DNA of 64,000 nucleotides from Octopus sinensis (Eukaryota), in contig NC_042998.1 in the NCBI RefSeq assembly GCF_006345805.1, forward strand, positions 138,508,001-138,572,000, read 5' to 3'. Positions 52,370 to 64,000 of the stretch are shown piece after piece; the first letter of the stretch is position 1; each line of letters starts with the position of its first letter. Below the pieces are notes generated by a model, which worked only from the letters and a program-made list of their open reading frames with translations, was not told the origin of the DNA and did not search any database. A program made the translations under genes and the position numbers.

Positions 52370-52985
52370 TCATCATCATCATCATCATTTAGCGTCCGCT
52401 TTCCATGCTAGCATGGGTTGGACGGTTCAACTGGGGTCTGGGAAGCCAGAAGGCTGCATCAGGCCCAGTCTGATCTGGCAGTGTTTCTATGGCTGGATGC
52501 CCTTCCTAACGCCAACCACTCCGTGAGTGTAGTGGGTGCTTTTTACGTGCAACCCGCACAGGTGCCAGACGGAGCTGGCAAACGGCCACGGACGGATGGT
52601 GCTTTTTACGTGCCACCGGCACGGGGGCCAGGTGAGGCTGGCAACGGCCACGAACGGATGGTGCTTTTACATGCCACCGGCACAGGGGCCAGGTGAGGCT
52701 GGCAACGGCCACGAACGGATGGTGCTATGTGCCACCGGCACGGGGGCCAGGCGAGGCTGGCAACGGCCATGAATGGATGGTGCTTTTTACATGCCACCGG
52801 CACGGAGGCCAGTCGGGGCGGCGCTGGCAACGGCCACGATCGGATGGTTCGCTTACTTGTCACCGGCATTGGTATCACAGCTGCAATTTCCATTGATGTT
52901 GATTGACTTCGATTTTGGTTCTGCTTTCTGATATCTGATTTGATTTGGTTTGATTTTGATTTTGATTTTCACTTGCCTCAATGGG
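52370..52985 (-). mobile_element. RTE 3' UTR copy with five ~60-bp internal tandem units
   Basis: ggccac/ggccat anchors at 52584, 52646, 52707, 52765 and 52832; (GAT)n tail. Confidence 0.88.
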
Positions 52986-53009
52986 TTATGCTATGTACTA
53001 CTGCTGCTG

Positions 53010-54345
53010 CAGGGTGAGGCAGAGAGGACAGGCATCATCATCGTATTTGAAAAATTCACAAAATCATTAATTTTAGCTGCAAACTTTATTGAGATCAACG
53101 TGTCTGTATTGAATTAGCATTTGTCAAAACCAAGTGCGGAAAACAACATCCAGCATGTGGTGTCCATTTTTATTGATGCATTTCTGAAGGCATTCTTGGA
53201 AATTGGCCTCCACTTTCTCTAGCATTGCTCTGTTGATTTGGGTGACTTCCACACGAATAGCTTCCTTCAAATCATCCAATGTACGGGGCTTATGCACATA
53301 CACACGTGCCTTGAGGTTTCCTCACAAGAGATAATCACACATGGGCAAATCATGGGACCAAGGGGACCAAGGAATGTCAGCAAACCTGGAAATGAGGTGG
53401 TCACCGAAGAGAGGGTGAACAATGTCCATTGATGCTCTGGCTGTGTAGGCCGTCACTCCATCCTGCTGAAACCAGACATGTTGAACAGGCATAAGTTTTC
53501 ATAATAATTCAGGCACAAAGAAGTTGTTTGTCATATCTATGTAATAGTCGGAGTTCACAGTAACAGCATTTCCATTATTGTCTTCAAAAAAGTAAGGATC
53601 AACGATGGCAGCTTTTCCGACAGCACACCAGACCATTACTTTTGGTCTGTGCAGTAGTCTTTTGTTCAGTTCTCTCGGATTGCCTAATAATGACAGTTCT
53701 GTTGATTCACCATACCATTGAGATGAAAGTGAGCTTCATCACTCATTAACAAAATGAGGTTGTCATTTGCCTCAAAAATTGCTTCCATCTGACATGCAAA
53801 GTTAAGCCGCTGTGCATAGTCTCATGGTTTAACTGTTGCCCAGTGACTAATTTGTATGGGAGGAAATGCAGTCTTCATGCAAAATATGCCTTACCAATCA
53901 GTTACCGATGTCAAGTTCAGTGGAATGCCTCTGAGCAGAGTGATTCGGACTCCGTATTGAAACTTGTCTGACGAATTTTACATTTTCCGGGATTCCTACT
54001 GTTTGTAGTACCCCCACCAATTTCGTATCCATTAGTGTACCTCGTGTACAAAGTGCATTCACCCAACATAAGATTGTGTTACGGGTGGGAACAGCCTGAT
54101 TTCGGTGAATGTTGAAGTGGCACCAAAAGTCACACTGAAATGCAGTGACAGACTCGTTATTCTTCACATAACTGTTATAGGCAAACACATGATGCTCCAT
54201 CATCCACAGCACCATGGCTTCACCTGAAAAGAAAAAAATGCTAAGACACCAATGGACCGAATGGTACCTGCTGGACACATGTCCCTCGTCCTGGTGCTGA
54301 GTAATAGCCATTTCAAAAAATGTCCGTCCTCTCTGCCCCACCCTG
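53010..54345 (-). mobile_element. Full-length degenerate Tc1/mariner DD41D (rosa/Visitor) transposon
   Basis: 26-bp TIRs match 23/26 (CAGGGTG.GGCAGAGAGGAC); WFQQD-x41-D ending WSPWSHDLPMCDY. Confidence 0.88.
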
Positions 54346-54513
54346 TACATCATCATCCTCACCATCATCATATATCCATTTTCCATGTGACATGGGTCAG
54401 ACACATTAATTCAATAAGGAATCTATTGCATACGATAAAATGCTTTGACAGCATTGCTGTCTTGGTGTTGTTGCTATTATTGTATTTTAGTTCTCTGTAA
54501 ATATATATATATA

Positions 54514-54715
54514 CTTTAAACGGAGTCTGGATAGATTCCTTCAAAGAATACCAGATAAGCCACCCATAATTGGATACAACTCACCCAACAAGAACTCACT
54601 ACTTGAACAAAACTTGACTTAAACAGGATTCGAATAATCCTATCAGGTGGTGCTATTAAGTTAGACATGGCCTGGACCAATCTTTGGTCGAAACATATCT
54701 AAGTTTATCTAAGTT
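54514..54715 (+). mobile_element. ~200-bp 5'-truncated young copy of the CR1-type LINE
   Basis: One mismatch against the 3' end of 36415-39980 apart from a 43-bp duplication in the long copy; (TCTAAGTTTA)x2 tail; possible TSD TATACTT. Confidence 0.93.
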
Positions 54716-55789
54716 TATACTTACACACACACACACACATATATATATAGTAGACTAAACACTCAAATTGAATGCACCAAAATATAGCTTAAGTTTTTTT
54801 AATTATCATTTCAAGTCCATTTTTTACACTGGTGTAAGTTGAAGGGGTTCACAGTCTAAACTAGTTCATTTTCAAAGTTATTGTTCTTCAAGATGGGTCA
54901 AATAACCAGTAAGGTAGTGGGTGGGAAGTCTAGCCTAAGCAATACTTCTATGGGGGTGGTACATTTGGGTCTACTGTGAAAACCTGTAGTGAGAGAGGGG
55001 CAACACAGAAGACATGCTTCGTTCAAATGTTATTAAGTTTAGCAAGATTTCTACACCTTGACATCCTTTCTATCATCATCCACAATACAGAATGTACTGA
55101 GAACATTTTACCATAACCTCAGAACTAGATAGGGTTGCTATGTATTCAACAAGACTGAAGGATGGTCTCAATTTTACATTGTCTCTACTCATTTATTAAC
55201 TACTTTACATAGTGTTTTGGGTGCATTCACCAGCACTAGTGCCATTGCCTTTGTACTCTGAAAAACAAATGGTACATTGTCTCTGCACATACAGAATAAT
55301 GTGACTAACAGACTGGGTAGAAGAGAGATCACCTGCAGGATAGTGGCATTTAATTCAAAAGTGCTAGTATAAAGAAAGACAAAGTCAACCTGAATGGAGC
55401 TTTATCTCAGAGCCAATACCAAGAAACCACTTAACCCTCCAGCATTCAGAATACTCTGATAGCAGTGGGACAGAACACAAAACTATGTGGTTGCAAAATG
55501 AGCTTCCTAATCATTTTATACTTTAACCCTTTGAACTGCAAGCATGCTGTGGCTGGCACAATTTCATTTGACTACACCCCTGAAAGATGCAAAAGTGAGA
55601 AGCCACATGTTTTGGGCTCACAGTTGAAAATAACAAAGTTTTTGGCAATTAGGGAACTGTAAACACGAAAACCATGTGGCTGTCCACTTTTGTGTCTTCT
55701 ATGGATATAGTCAAATGAAATTGTACCTACTAAACATACTTAGAGCTTCAAAGAGTAAAGTCATTCAATTCATCAGATTATACTTTTCA

Positions 55790-56397
55790 ACCCACCTAAG
55801 ACTGCTCTTGGTTCTATGATACAAACTTCCAGTTTAAAATCATCTATATTAAAACCTTACATCAATATTTCACGTTAATTTATGTTCCAAACACCAGTTT
55901 AATAATGACAAAGTTATCTTACTAAACTCTTCATTATTTTCAAAATCAATTGGAACAAAGGCATCATATTTCAACGAAAATATAGAAACAAAAGGATTAA
56001 ATATATTCCTAATAATCAGTTAAACTTACTGGACATTCTTTTCACTAGATATTAGTAATACTAATAAAATATATAGAATATAACACAAACATAATGCACA
56101 ATTAAATATATTACATTTACTTCACAAGGATTATGGGGAAGTATTACAAAATACAGATTTGGAGACAACTTTTTTTTTATATCAACCTGCCTGAGATAGG
56201 TCCTGGTTCTATGATATAAACTTCCAGTTTTAAAGTGCTCTAAATAAAAACTTCCCATCAAAATTTCATGTTCATTTATGTTCCAAACACCAGCTTAATA
56301 ATGATAAAGTTATTTCACCAAATTCTTCATTACTTTCAAAATTAATTGAAAAAGAGACAGAGTATTTGAACAGGAATATGGTAGCAAAAGGGTTAAA
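55790..56397 (+). mobile_element. Two copies of a piggyBac-like MITE
   Basis: 55808-55985 resembles 56203-56397; second copy ends aaagggTTAA; related TTAA-bounded MITEs at ~18100-18228 and 57692-57905. Confidence 0.6.
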
Positions 56398-56446
56398 TAA
56401 CAATCTACCTAGCAAAATGCATCCTAAAAATCTCAAATAATCTTCA

Positions 56447-56542
<96 letters not shown>

Positions 56543-56705
56543 CTAGAAAAGAAATATAAAATAATATACACTTTTTATTAATTTGTGTGTATATGTGAGT
56601 GTATGTATATATGTATGCATTTGTATAAACGTATGTGTCTGTGTATACATATATATATAAAACAAGGTATAACTAATGGTCATTACATATTTTTCCTTTA
56701 TTAGA

Positions 56706-56942
56706 ACAAATTTAGCTTACAACTGTTTCCAGTAGTCATTACAGGTATGTTATTGATAGGTTTACTCAATTACCCAATTGATCAGTTGAGAAAAATTGAA
56801 AGACCTAAAAAAATTAATGCTACTTTCGTCAGAGCCGTTTCTGGTAATTCAATTTTTCTCAACTGATCGATAGAGTAATTGAGTAAACCTATCAGCAACA
56901 TACCCATAATGACTACTGGAAACAGTTGTAAGCCAAATTTGT
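56706..56942. repeat. Long inverted repeat: 95-bp arms, 47-nt spacer
   Basis: 56706-56800 against reverse complement of 56848-56942: 87/95 identical. Confidence 0.95.
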
Positions 56943-57479
56943 GCATTCAAATTTTACACATGCATTACGTAGGGTCCATGGAGTGTCATGGGCCCAAAAA
57001 AATTTCCAACTTCTTGCCTAATGCAAGCCCAGAGCAAACTCTTAGACTGTTTCAGTATTACGTGTCAAAATTGAAATAACATCTCTATTGTAATGGGCTA
57101 TAATAGTTTGTTTTTATATTGTTTCACTTTTAATAGTTTCACTATATATATATATATATATGTATATGTACATATATGTACATATATATATGTATGTACA
57201 TATAAGTATGTATATAGATAGATAGATATTTATATATGTATATATGTGTATATAAATACCTCATCATCATCATCGTTTAACGTCCATTTTCCATGCTAGC
57301 ATGGCTTGGATGGTTCAACCAGGGTCTGGGAAGCCAGGAGGCTCTAGTCTGATCTGGCAGTGTTTCTACAGCTGGATGCCCTTCCTAATGCCAACCACCC
57401 CGTGAGTGTAGTGCTAAACTGAGTCTTATTGTTATCAATTTTTTGAGATCAGCCATGGACCCTAAGTACCAGCATAATG

Positions 57480-57640
57480 CTGGTTGCTGCATTTTGGTTG
57501 TTACTGTTAACCAGGGTCATGATCTTTTGTGGATTGATTTCGCTATCCCATAAGCTCTTGATACTTTTTCCAGTCTGGTGTGAACTCCTGTAGTTCTGCT
57601 TCACTGCATACTAAAAGGTCAATATCATCAGCAAGATTAG
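57480..57640 (-). mobile_element. RTE/BovB-like RT remnant
   Basis: ISNLADDIDLLVCSEAELQ. Confidence 0.55.
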
Positions 57641-59388
57641 AAATGGAAACAGAGGGGTGAAGATCATGAAGGTATGTTGGCTGTTAGAGATTAACTCTTT
57701 AACATTTAAACTGGCCATATCCTGCCAAAATAATCTATCTGTTTTATCTTCGAACTGGCCAGATCCAACCTCTCACACTTACCTTACAATATTATTCTAA
57801 AAATAAACAATCACATTATCAAACTTTTAAGTCTACAAGGTAATGTATGACTAATTCATATCAATAGGAATAAATAAGTATTATATTTGACAGAGAATGT
57901 CAAAGTACTACATGCCTGGTCATCTACTTATAATTGCTTTCATGCTTTAACAGTTGGAAACCTTGTGCTAACTCCTTACCCATAGAACAACTGAAAGTGC
58001 CAGTGGTCAAACTTTATACTACAATAGCCATTGTGTACAAAATAATGGTTATTTCAGTAGATAGTTTGAACTTTGAACTATAAGGTCAGCTTAAACTAAA
58101 TTCCAGGCCATGTGATTAATGAGTTCAAAACTTTGTTATAGCCATTATTTTTAATCCTGTAGCAAGACATAGTGTTCTGTTGGATTCAGTCTATCTAGCT
58201 GACAATAGGTACTCCTGCTTTATGGTGGAATAGTTAGTGATATACAATGACATTCAGTTGTAAAGAAAAATAAATAAATAAAGAAAATTATAAAAAAGAA
58301 AATTGCTCTGTTAGAATGCAAATGTCAACATTTTTTAAATCAATTCCCCTACCAGCAAAAGCATGGAAAAATAGATAAAAATATTTTAAAATCAGTAAAA
58401 AAACTTTTTAAACTCTCTCTCTTCCTTTGTGTGCTGTGTCTGGCCCTGAGCAAGGCAATAAGCTTCATCCAATGGTGAGGCTCCAGCTCAGAATGTTAGG
58501 CATTTTGGAAAAGTTAGAAGTTAACCCTTAGTCACCACTACTCCAAGGTCCACTCTATCCTAGGGTGGTAGAACCCGTTAAAGGTCCTAGCTATGAGTCA
58601 AATAGCAGAAAATTGTCTTAAGTTAAAGCATATAGGACTCGGAGGACTGACCCCTAAACATGTGTCACACAGATCAATCAGTGTGTAGATATGCGTTGAT
58701 GAAACAGAAAGGAACAGGAAACTAGTTTCACAAAAATGGTTCATTTCCTCAGATAATTTTCCAGTTCAAACTGAAAGAAGAAATCCAATTTCCACTTCCT
58801 ATTTGCAGGAATTTTTGAACAATTATGTTCATACTTTTACAGTTGTTAACTTCATACTCCTTAGACAACAGTGAAATTTTATACAACAGTAGTCATCATC
58901 ATCATATCACCATTTAAAATCTGTTTCCCATGCTGGTGTGAGTTGGACAGTTTGACAGGAGCCAAAAGGCTGCATTGAGCTGTGTTTTGACATGGTTTCT
59001 ATGACTGGATGCTCTTCCTAATGCCAACCATCATACAAAGTGTACTGGGTGCTTTTTACAAAACAATGACACAAACAAGGTCAGTAAGTAAATCACAAAA
59101 CAAGACATCTTCAAGTGAGGAGTGGGGAGTAGTACTGAGGGAGGTGACTTTGTGCTAAGTGATGAGAAACAAAAGTATGATAGAGAGAAAGAAATAGATG
59201 TCTTGCTATAAGAGATACATGACTAACCCAGTTGGGAAAGAGAGAGGGGAGAGAGAAAATGCTAATGAAGACATACTGGACAATACCCTCAATGGCTACA
59301 GTAGTATGATGATTGAACCATGTCCAGCATGATAATCTCATACATTTGATATTTAAATACACAAAGTAATAGAGAAAAGGCCACTAAC

Positions 59389-59567
59389 TTGTACCCATTC
59401 AAACTTCTGTCCCAGTTCAATCATCAGTCGAACCCATTCTTCAATGACAGCCACAATTTCATCATGTTCAAACAATGGCAGAGTCAGGTCTGACCAAGGG
59501 TGAAAACACATTACTTTACATGTACCTTTTGCTGCTTTCATTTGAAGCAAAGGGTCATCACTTGTTT
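59389..59567 (-). CDS. GALT: GALT exon (human exons 4+5 equivalent)
   Basis: TSDDPLLQMKAAKGTCKVMCFHPWSDLTLP..ELGQKFEWVQ; 179 nt; gtatttcag|/|gttagt; upstream exons not found in window. Confidence 0.97.
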
Positions 59568-60889
59568 CTGAAATACAGATGAAAAGGAGCAAGAGAATAA
59601 ATGGACTTCAGCAGGGAAAATTTAATGAAACAAAAGAAATAAATTAAAGAAATATATAAATAATAAGAAATAAAACTGATGCGAGTCATAAAGATACATT
59701 TATATGAAAACATCTATTAGTGACTTGAAAAAACAAATAATTTCTCACATGACAACTATGATTGCTAAAATAGCAGTGGGCTGAATTAGATGCTTTATTT
59801 TATATAATTTGTTACACAATTGTGTAAGTTCAAATCACACTGAGGTTGCTAAAATAAACACTAAAAATAAATTTGAAGATATATTCAATGCACTGATCCT
59901 TTGCAATGGGAAAAAATGGTGATGTTCCAAAGTAAATACAATAATTGCTCTCATTATGGATTCTAAAAAAAAGGTTTATGTTAAATCATTAAGCCAACTT
60001 CTGGTCTCTACCTGGAAAATGATGTCCAAGCAAGATATCAACTTTTACATTCTCATTGGTAATGAGTCTTTACAATACCAGATAGAATTATCATCATTAA
60101 CGTCATGCTTCCATGGGTTGCACAATTTGACAGGGACTTCATCATGCACCAATGTCTTCTTTGACATGATTCCCAAAACCATTCCTTAACAAAAGAGGAG
60201 CAAAGGTTTAACATTCCAAACACAGGCACACATATGCACATACACATAATTGCCGCAATTTTACTGTCTTTGTTTTATAGTACTCTAATGTCCGTGGTAT
60301 TAACATAATCAACAAAAGTTATTATTTTATCAGATAACTAACTTTTGGAGAAATTCAATGAGGGACAAGAATATTAAAACAATAAAACAATTGTTGAGAA
60401 TTATCTTTTTTTTAAATAAATTGCGCAAAAATTTACTGAAATTCTCAGAAATTTAAAAAAACTAAATTACTTCCTAAATACCACAAACTTCAGTTAGTTT
60501 CATTTCTGTATTACTTCTTTACAAAACAAAATCAATATATACTATTGATTTCTTGTCTTGAATTTTATGTTACTGAGATAAGCAGCTGACTGACAGAATA
60601 TCTATCTAAATGTTCAGTTTGTAAGTCTTTCGTAGGAAGGTAAATAAATCAGTTTTGTATTATTCTTTGAGTGGATAACAAATCTTAGAAAACTCCACAC
60701 TCTGAGAGGAAAGATGTAGGGACCAATTCAGTGACATCTTGGCATTCATTAAGTCCATCTGTCTATCTTTTCATACTATGATTATGTGGAAGCAAAATTA
60801 ATCATGTATGTAGTAACATTCAAATATCTCCTTTCAAGGATTGGTCTGTCTCTTGGGAATAAGATAAACTATTATTATTATTATTAGTG

Positions 60890-61715
60890 TTAAGGTTGCT
60901 GAGGATATGCGTAAGCTCGCAAGGAATGAAGCCAGTATGCTCCGATGGATGTGTAATGTCAGTGTTCATACTCGACAAAGTGTAAGTACCTTGAGAGAAA
61001 AGTTGAACCTAAGAAGCATCAGTTATGGTGTGCAAGAGAGACGTTTGCGCTGGTATGGTCATGTGGCGAGAATGGATGAAGATAGTTGTATGAAAAAGTG
61101 CCACACCCTAGCGGTTGAGGGAACCTGTGGAAGAGGTAGACCCAGGAAAACCTGGGACGAGGTGGTGAAGCACGACCTTCGAACATTAGGTCTCACTGAG
61201 GCAATGACTAGTGACCGAGACCTTTGGAAGTATGCTGTGCGTGAGAAGACCCGGCAGGACAAGTGAGACCATAACCCATGGCCTCTACATGGGATGTAGC
61301 CAGTCCACTTATGCATACCTTTCCTTCTTGGGACACAAAACTACTTGCAAAGACCTGTTGAGGCAAGTGAAATTGAAATCGATCAAAATCAATGGAATTG
61401 TAGTTATGATACCAGTGCTGGTGGCACATAAGAGAAAACCATCTGAACGTGGCCATTGCCAGCGCCACCCCAACTGGCCTCCGTGGCGGTGGCACGTAAA
61501 AAGCACCAAGCAATCGTGGCTGTTGCCAGCCTCGTCTGGCACGTAAAAAGCACCCACTACACTCACGGAGTGGTTGGCGTTAGGAAGGGCATCCAGCTGT
61601 AGAAACACTGCCAAATCACACTGGGCCTGGCGTAGCCTCCTGGCTTCCCAGACCCCAGTTGAACAGTCCAACCGATGCTAGCATGGAAAGCGGATGTTAA
61701 ACGATGATGATGATG
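60890..61715 (+). mobile_element. 5'-truncated RTE LINE C-terminus plus 3' UTR
   Basis: RRLRWYGHVARMDED..GRGRPRKTWDEVV; (GAT)n tail. Confidence 0.92.
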
Positions 61716-62996
61716 TATATATATATATATATAATATATGGATATATATATATACATGTTTTTTTAAAGTTTGCTTTGACATGGTTTCTACAGCTGGATG
61801 CCCTTCTTAACACCAACCACTTTACAGAGTACACTGGGTGCTTCTTTCAGTGAGGTTGCTATGCAACTTTTCAGGACTAACATCCCCTTTGACTAAGTGG
61901 AACTACAGTAGAGAGGGAGGCAGCTTTATACAAGGCTAGGAGATGAGTAGTTAAAGTATGAGAGTAAGGAGCTAGACCAGAACCATGTTCTTGACATAGA
62001 GGAGCTACAAGGCTACTCACATTATAGAAAAGAGGATGGTGGGAACCAGAATAAAGGTGTAAACACATAAAATTGTCATTGAAACTCTTTCTTCTAAGTC
62101 TTTTTTGGCCCATCTCTCTACAAGGAACAGGCTTGGATAAAGTGAGTAAACAGCTTGCTTGTTAAAAGTTGCTGATGTCATTGATATAGCTGCAGACGTG
62201 GCAGAGAGAGAAAAAAAAACACAGTACACATGTTGCTTTATAGTTGTAATATATTGATTAATCAGCTTTTACTAATAAACTTTATAACCTTCCTTTTGGA
62301 TGTAATCTAGAATCTATGTGTGTATTGTGTAGCAGGAACTGTTCCAGATGTGTGAGCAATCCTCCAATGTGGTTCTTTGTTTTAAAGTAAATAAACAGTT
62401 GATCAGGATTTGTCACCTTTTCTTTTTTAATTAATGGATCTGGAAGAAGTGGCAGTGGCCATCCATGACCTTTGCAGGCCATCCAAGACTATGAGACTGG
62501 TGCCATTAATCTTCTTCTGGAACCATTGTAAGTGAAACACCTTTGAGAAAGATATAAGCAGGAAGAGAATCCCAAAGAGCCAATTTTCTAGGCAAGAACT
62601 GGATATACTGGTATGTTTGAGGTAAATATGGGTCATTTTAGTCAATGATATGTAGCTGAGGACTTCATAAGAGATTATAAAAATATGAGGACCAATTTTT
62701 GCAAGTTTTGAAAGCTTTATTTGTGAGATTCATGCACAGGAAAGATTAGTGCAATGTTGCTTCCACTGTTTTTGTATTGTTAACAAATACAAATCGTGTG
62801 TAGCAAGTCATAAAAGGCAGCAATATGATGTAATGGTCGTTTGCCTGAACAACCATAAGTGTTGGTAATCCCATTGGTTAAAAATACTGCCCATATACGA
62901 ATTCTAAAGTTTTGTCAAAGAAATCTTTCACGAAATACGGTTCTTAGAATTTGGATATGAGCAATTATAAAAAACCTGATTTTTGGGCAATTATTT

Positions 62997-63117
62997 AGTG
63001 ATCGCAGGATGTTACTAAACTCCACGACACTCACAATAGTGATCGTAGGATGTTACTAAACTCCACAACACTAACAACAGCGATCATTGGATGTTACTAA
63101 ACTCCACGACACTCACT
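62997..63117 (+). repeat. 41-bp tandem repeat x3
   Basis: ag[t/c]gatc..ggatgttactaaactccac units at 62997, 63038 and 63079. Confidence 0.9.
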
Positions 63118-64000
63118 CCTTGAGATATTGGCTATTTTTTATGCCATGTCTGACTTAAATCCAACAAGACTTATTTGAATTGTTGCGAACTCTAGTAGTT
63201 AGTCTGAAGGATTAGCGAGTGTGAATTTTTAAGTCGTAACTCTCTACGACAAAATGACTTTATTTTCCAATTGTACTATAAATGCTAAGTGTACATAAAT
63301 AAACTAATGTAGTAATTATTTTCTCTTTCTATACATTCTTCAACTTGTTAATGAAATTTATTTCTGCAATTATGAAACTGTGTATTTTTTTTATAGTGGT
63401 TAAAAGGACATGAATTTATTTATCTTCAATATATATGTGCACATAAAATGTATATATTTCTCACTATGGCATTTATGTAGCTGGAGTCAGGATTTATGTA
63501 TAATGATAACACTTACAAGTAAGTTATAAGTGACGTGTTTATCAATATATATTCCTACTTCAAAAGTAAAATATATTTATTATCTATTTCCAAATAGGAA
63601 ACATATAAAAGTACTGTTATACAAACAGTAACCAAACTGCTTATAAAACATGTAACCAGTGGACAATGTTTCCAAGATCTCTATCATTCTCTCTTTCAGA
63701 TATCCAATTGTGCCAAAACAGTTATTTTCAAATCAAGTCACAAAAGCCTGACTAAAGATACAGAAATAGGTGTACTGCAGTAGAGGAGATACACAGCTAC
63801 CTCAGTTGTAGAGAGAGAAAAGAGGGTGGTAAGATGGTGAAGATGTTATAAGGCATACACCTAAGTTACAAAGAGATATATATAGTAAAGTGCACCAAGG
63901 ATTGTATAAGGTAGGTAAGTTCGCAAGACAGTGGAAAGGGTGGTAGATACAGGGGAGGGAGGAATGGAGTGAGTGGACACAAACAGAAGGAGAGGTATTA

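Noticed and set aside
62282-62645. Minus-strand ORFs with protein-like composition
   Set aside because: No family motif I can name; possibly decayed TE sequence, left uncalled
59600-64000. Further GALT 5' exons (NP.Y.STF.F.NDFPAL; W.LVS.HR..RPW)
   Set aside because: Motifs not found on the minus strand; they presumably lie beyond 64000

Overview
AT-rich, microsatellite- and transposon-dense eukaryotic DNA; the repeat types (RTE, CR1, Dong/R4, CORE-type SINEs) suggest an octopus/coleoid genome, which is inference only. Two convergent genes are reconstructed from homology and GT-AG sites. SMN (+) has 8 coding exons at 4311-21281, about 260 aa, with a Gemin2-binding motif, Tudor domain, polyPro and YG box. 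GALT (-) shows its last 7 coding exons at 59567-22934, including the HPH catalytic exon; its 5' exons lie beyond the window. A TATA/E-box/4xCCAAT promoter at 124-259 points leftwards to a probable third gene. Introns hold a ~3.6-kb 5'-truncated CR1-type LINE with a CCCH-finger ORF1, RTE LINEs, Tx1 and R4 fragments, a Gypsy LTR-gag remnant, a complete Chapaev3, DD37D and DD41D Tc1/mariner elements, stacked Helitrons, MITEs and SINEs. Best leads: a 95-bp intronic RNA stem just before the GALT catalytic exon, a candidate poison exon after the SMN Tudor exon, the CCCH ORF1 in a recently active CR1 family, and microsatellite-embedded elements. I found no clear evidence of a wholly new multi-gene system. 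Human reference values are recalled from memory and should be verified.
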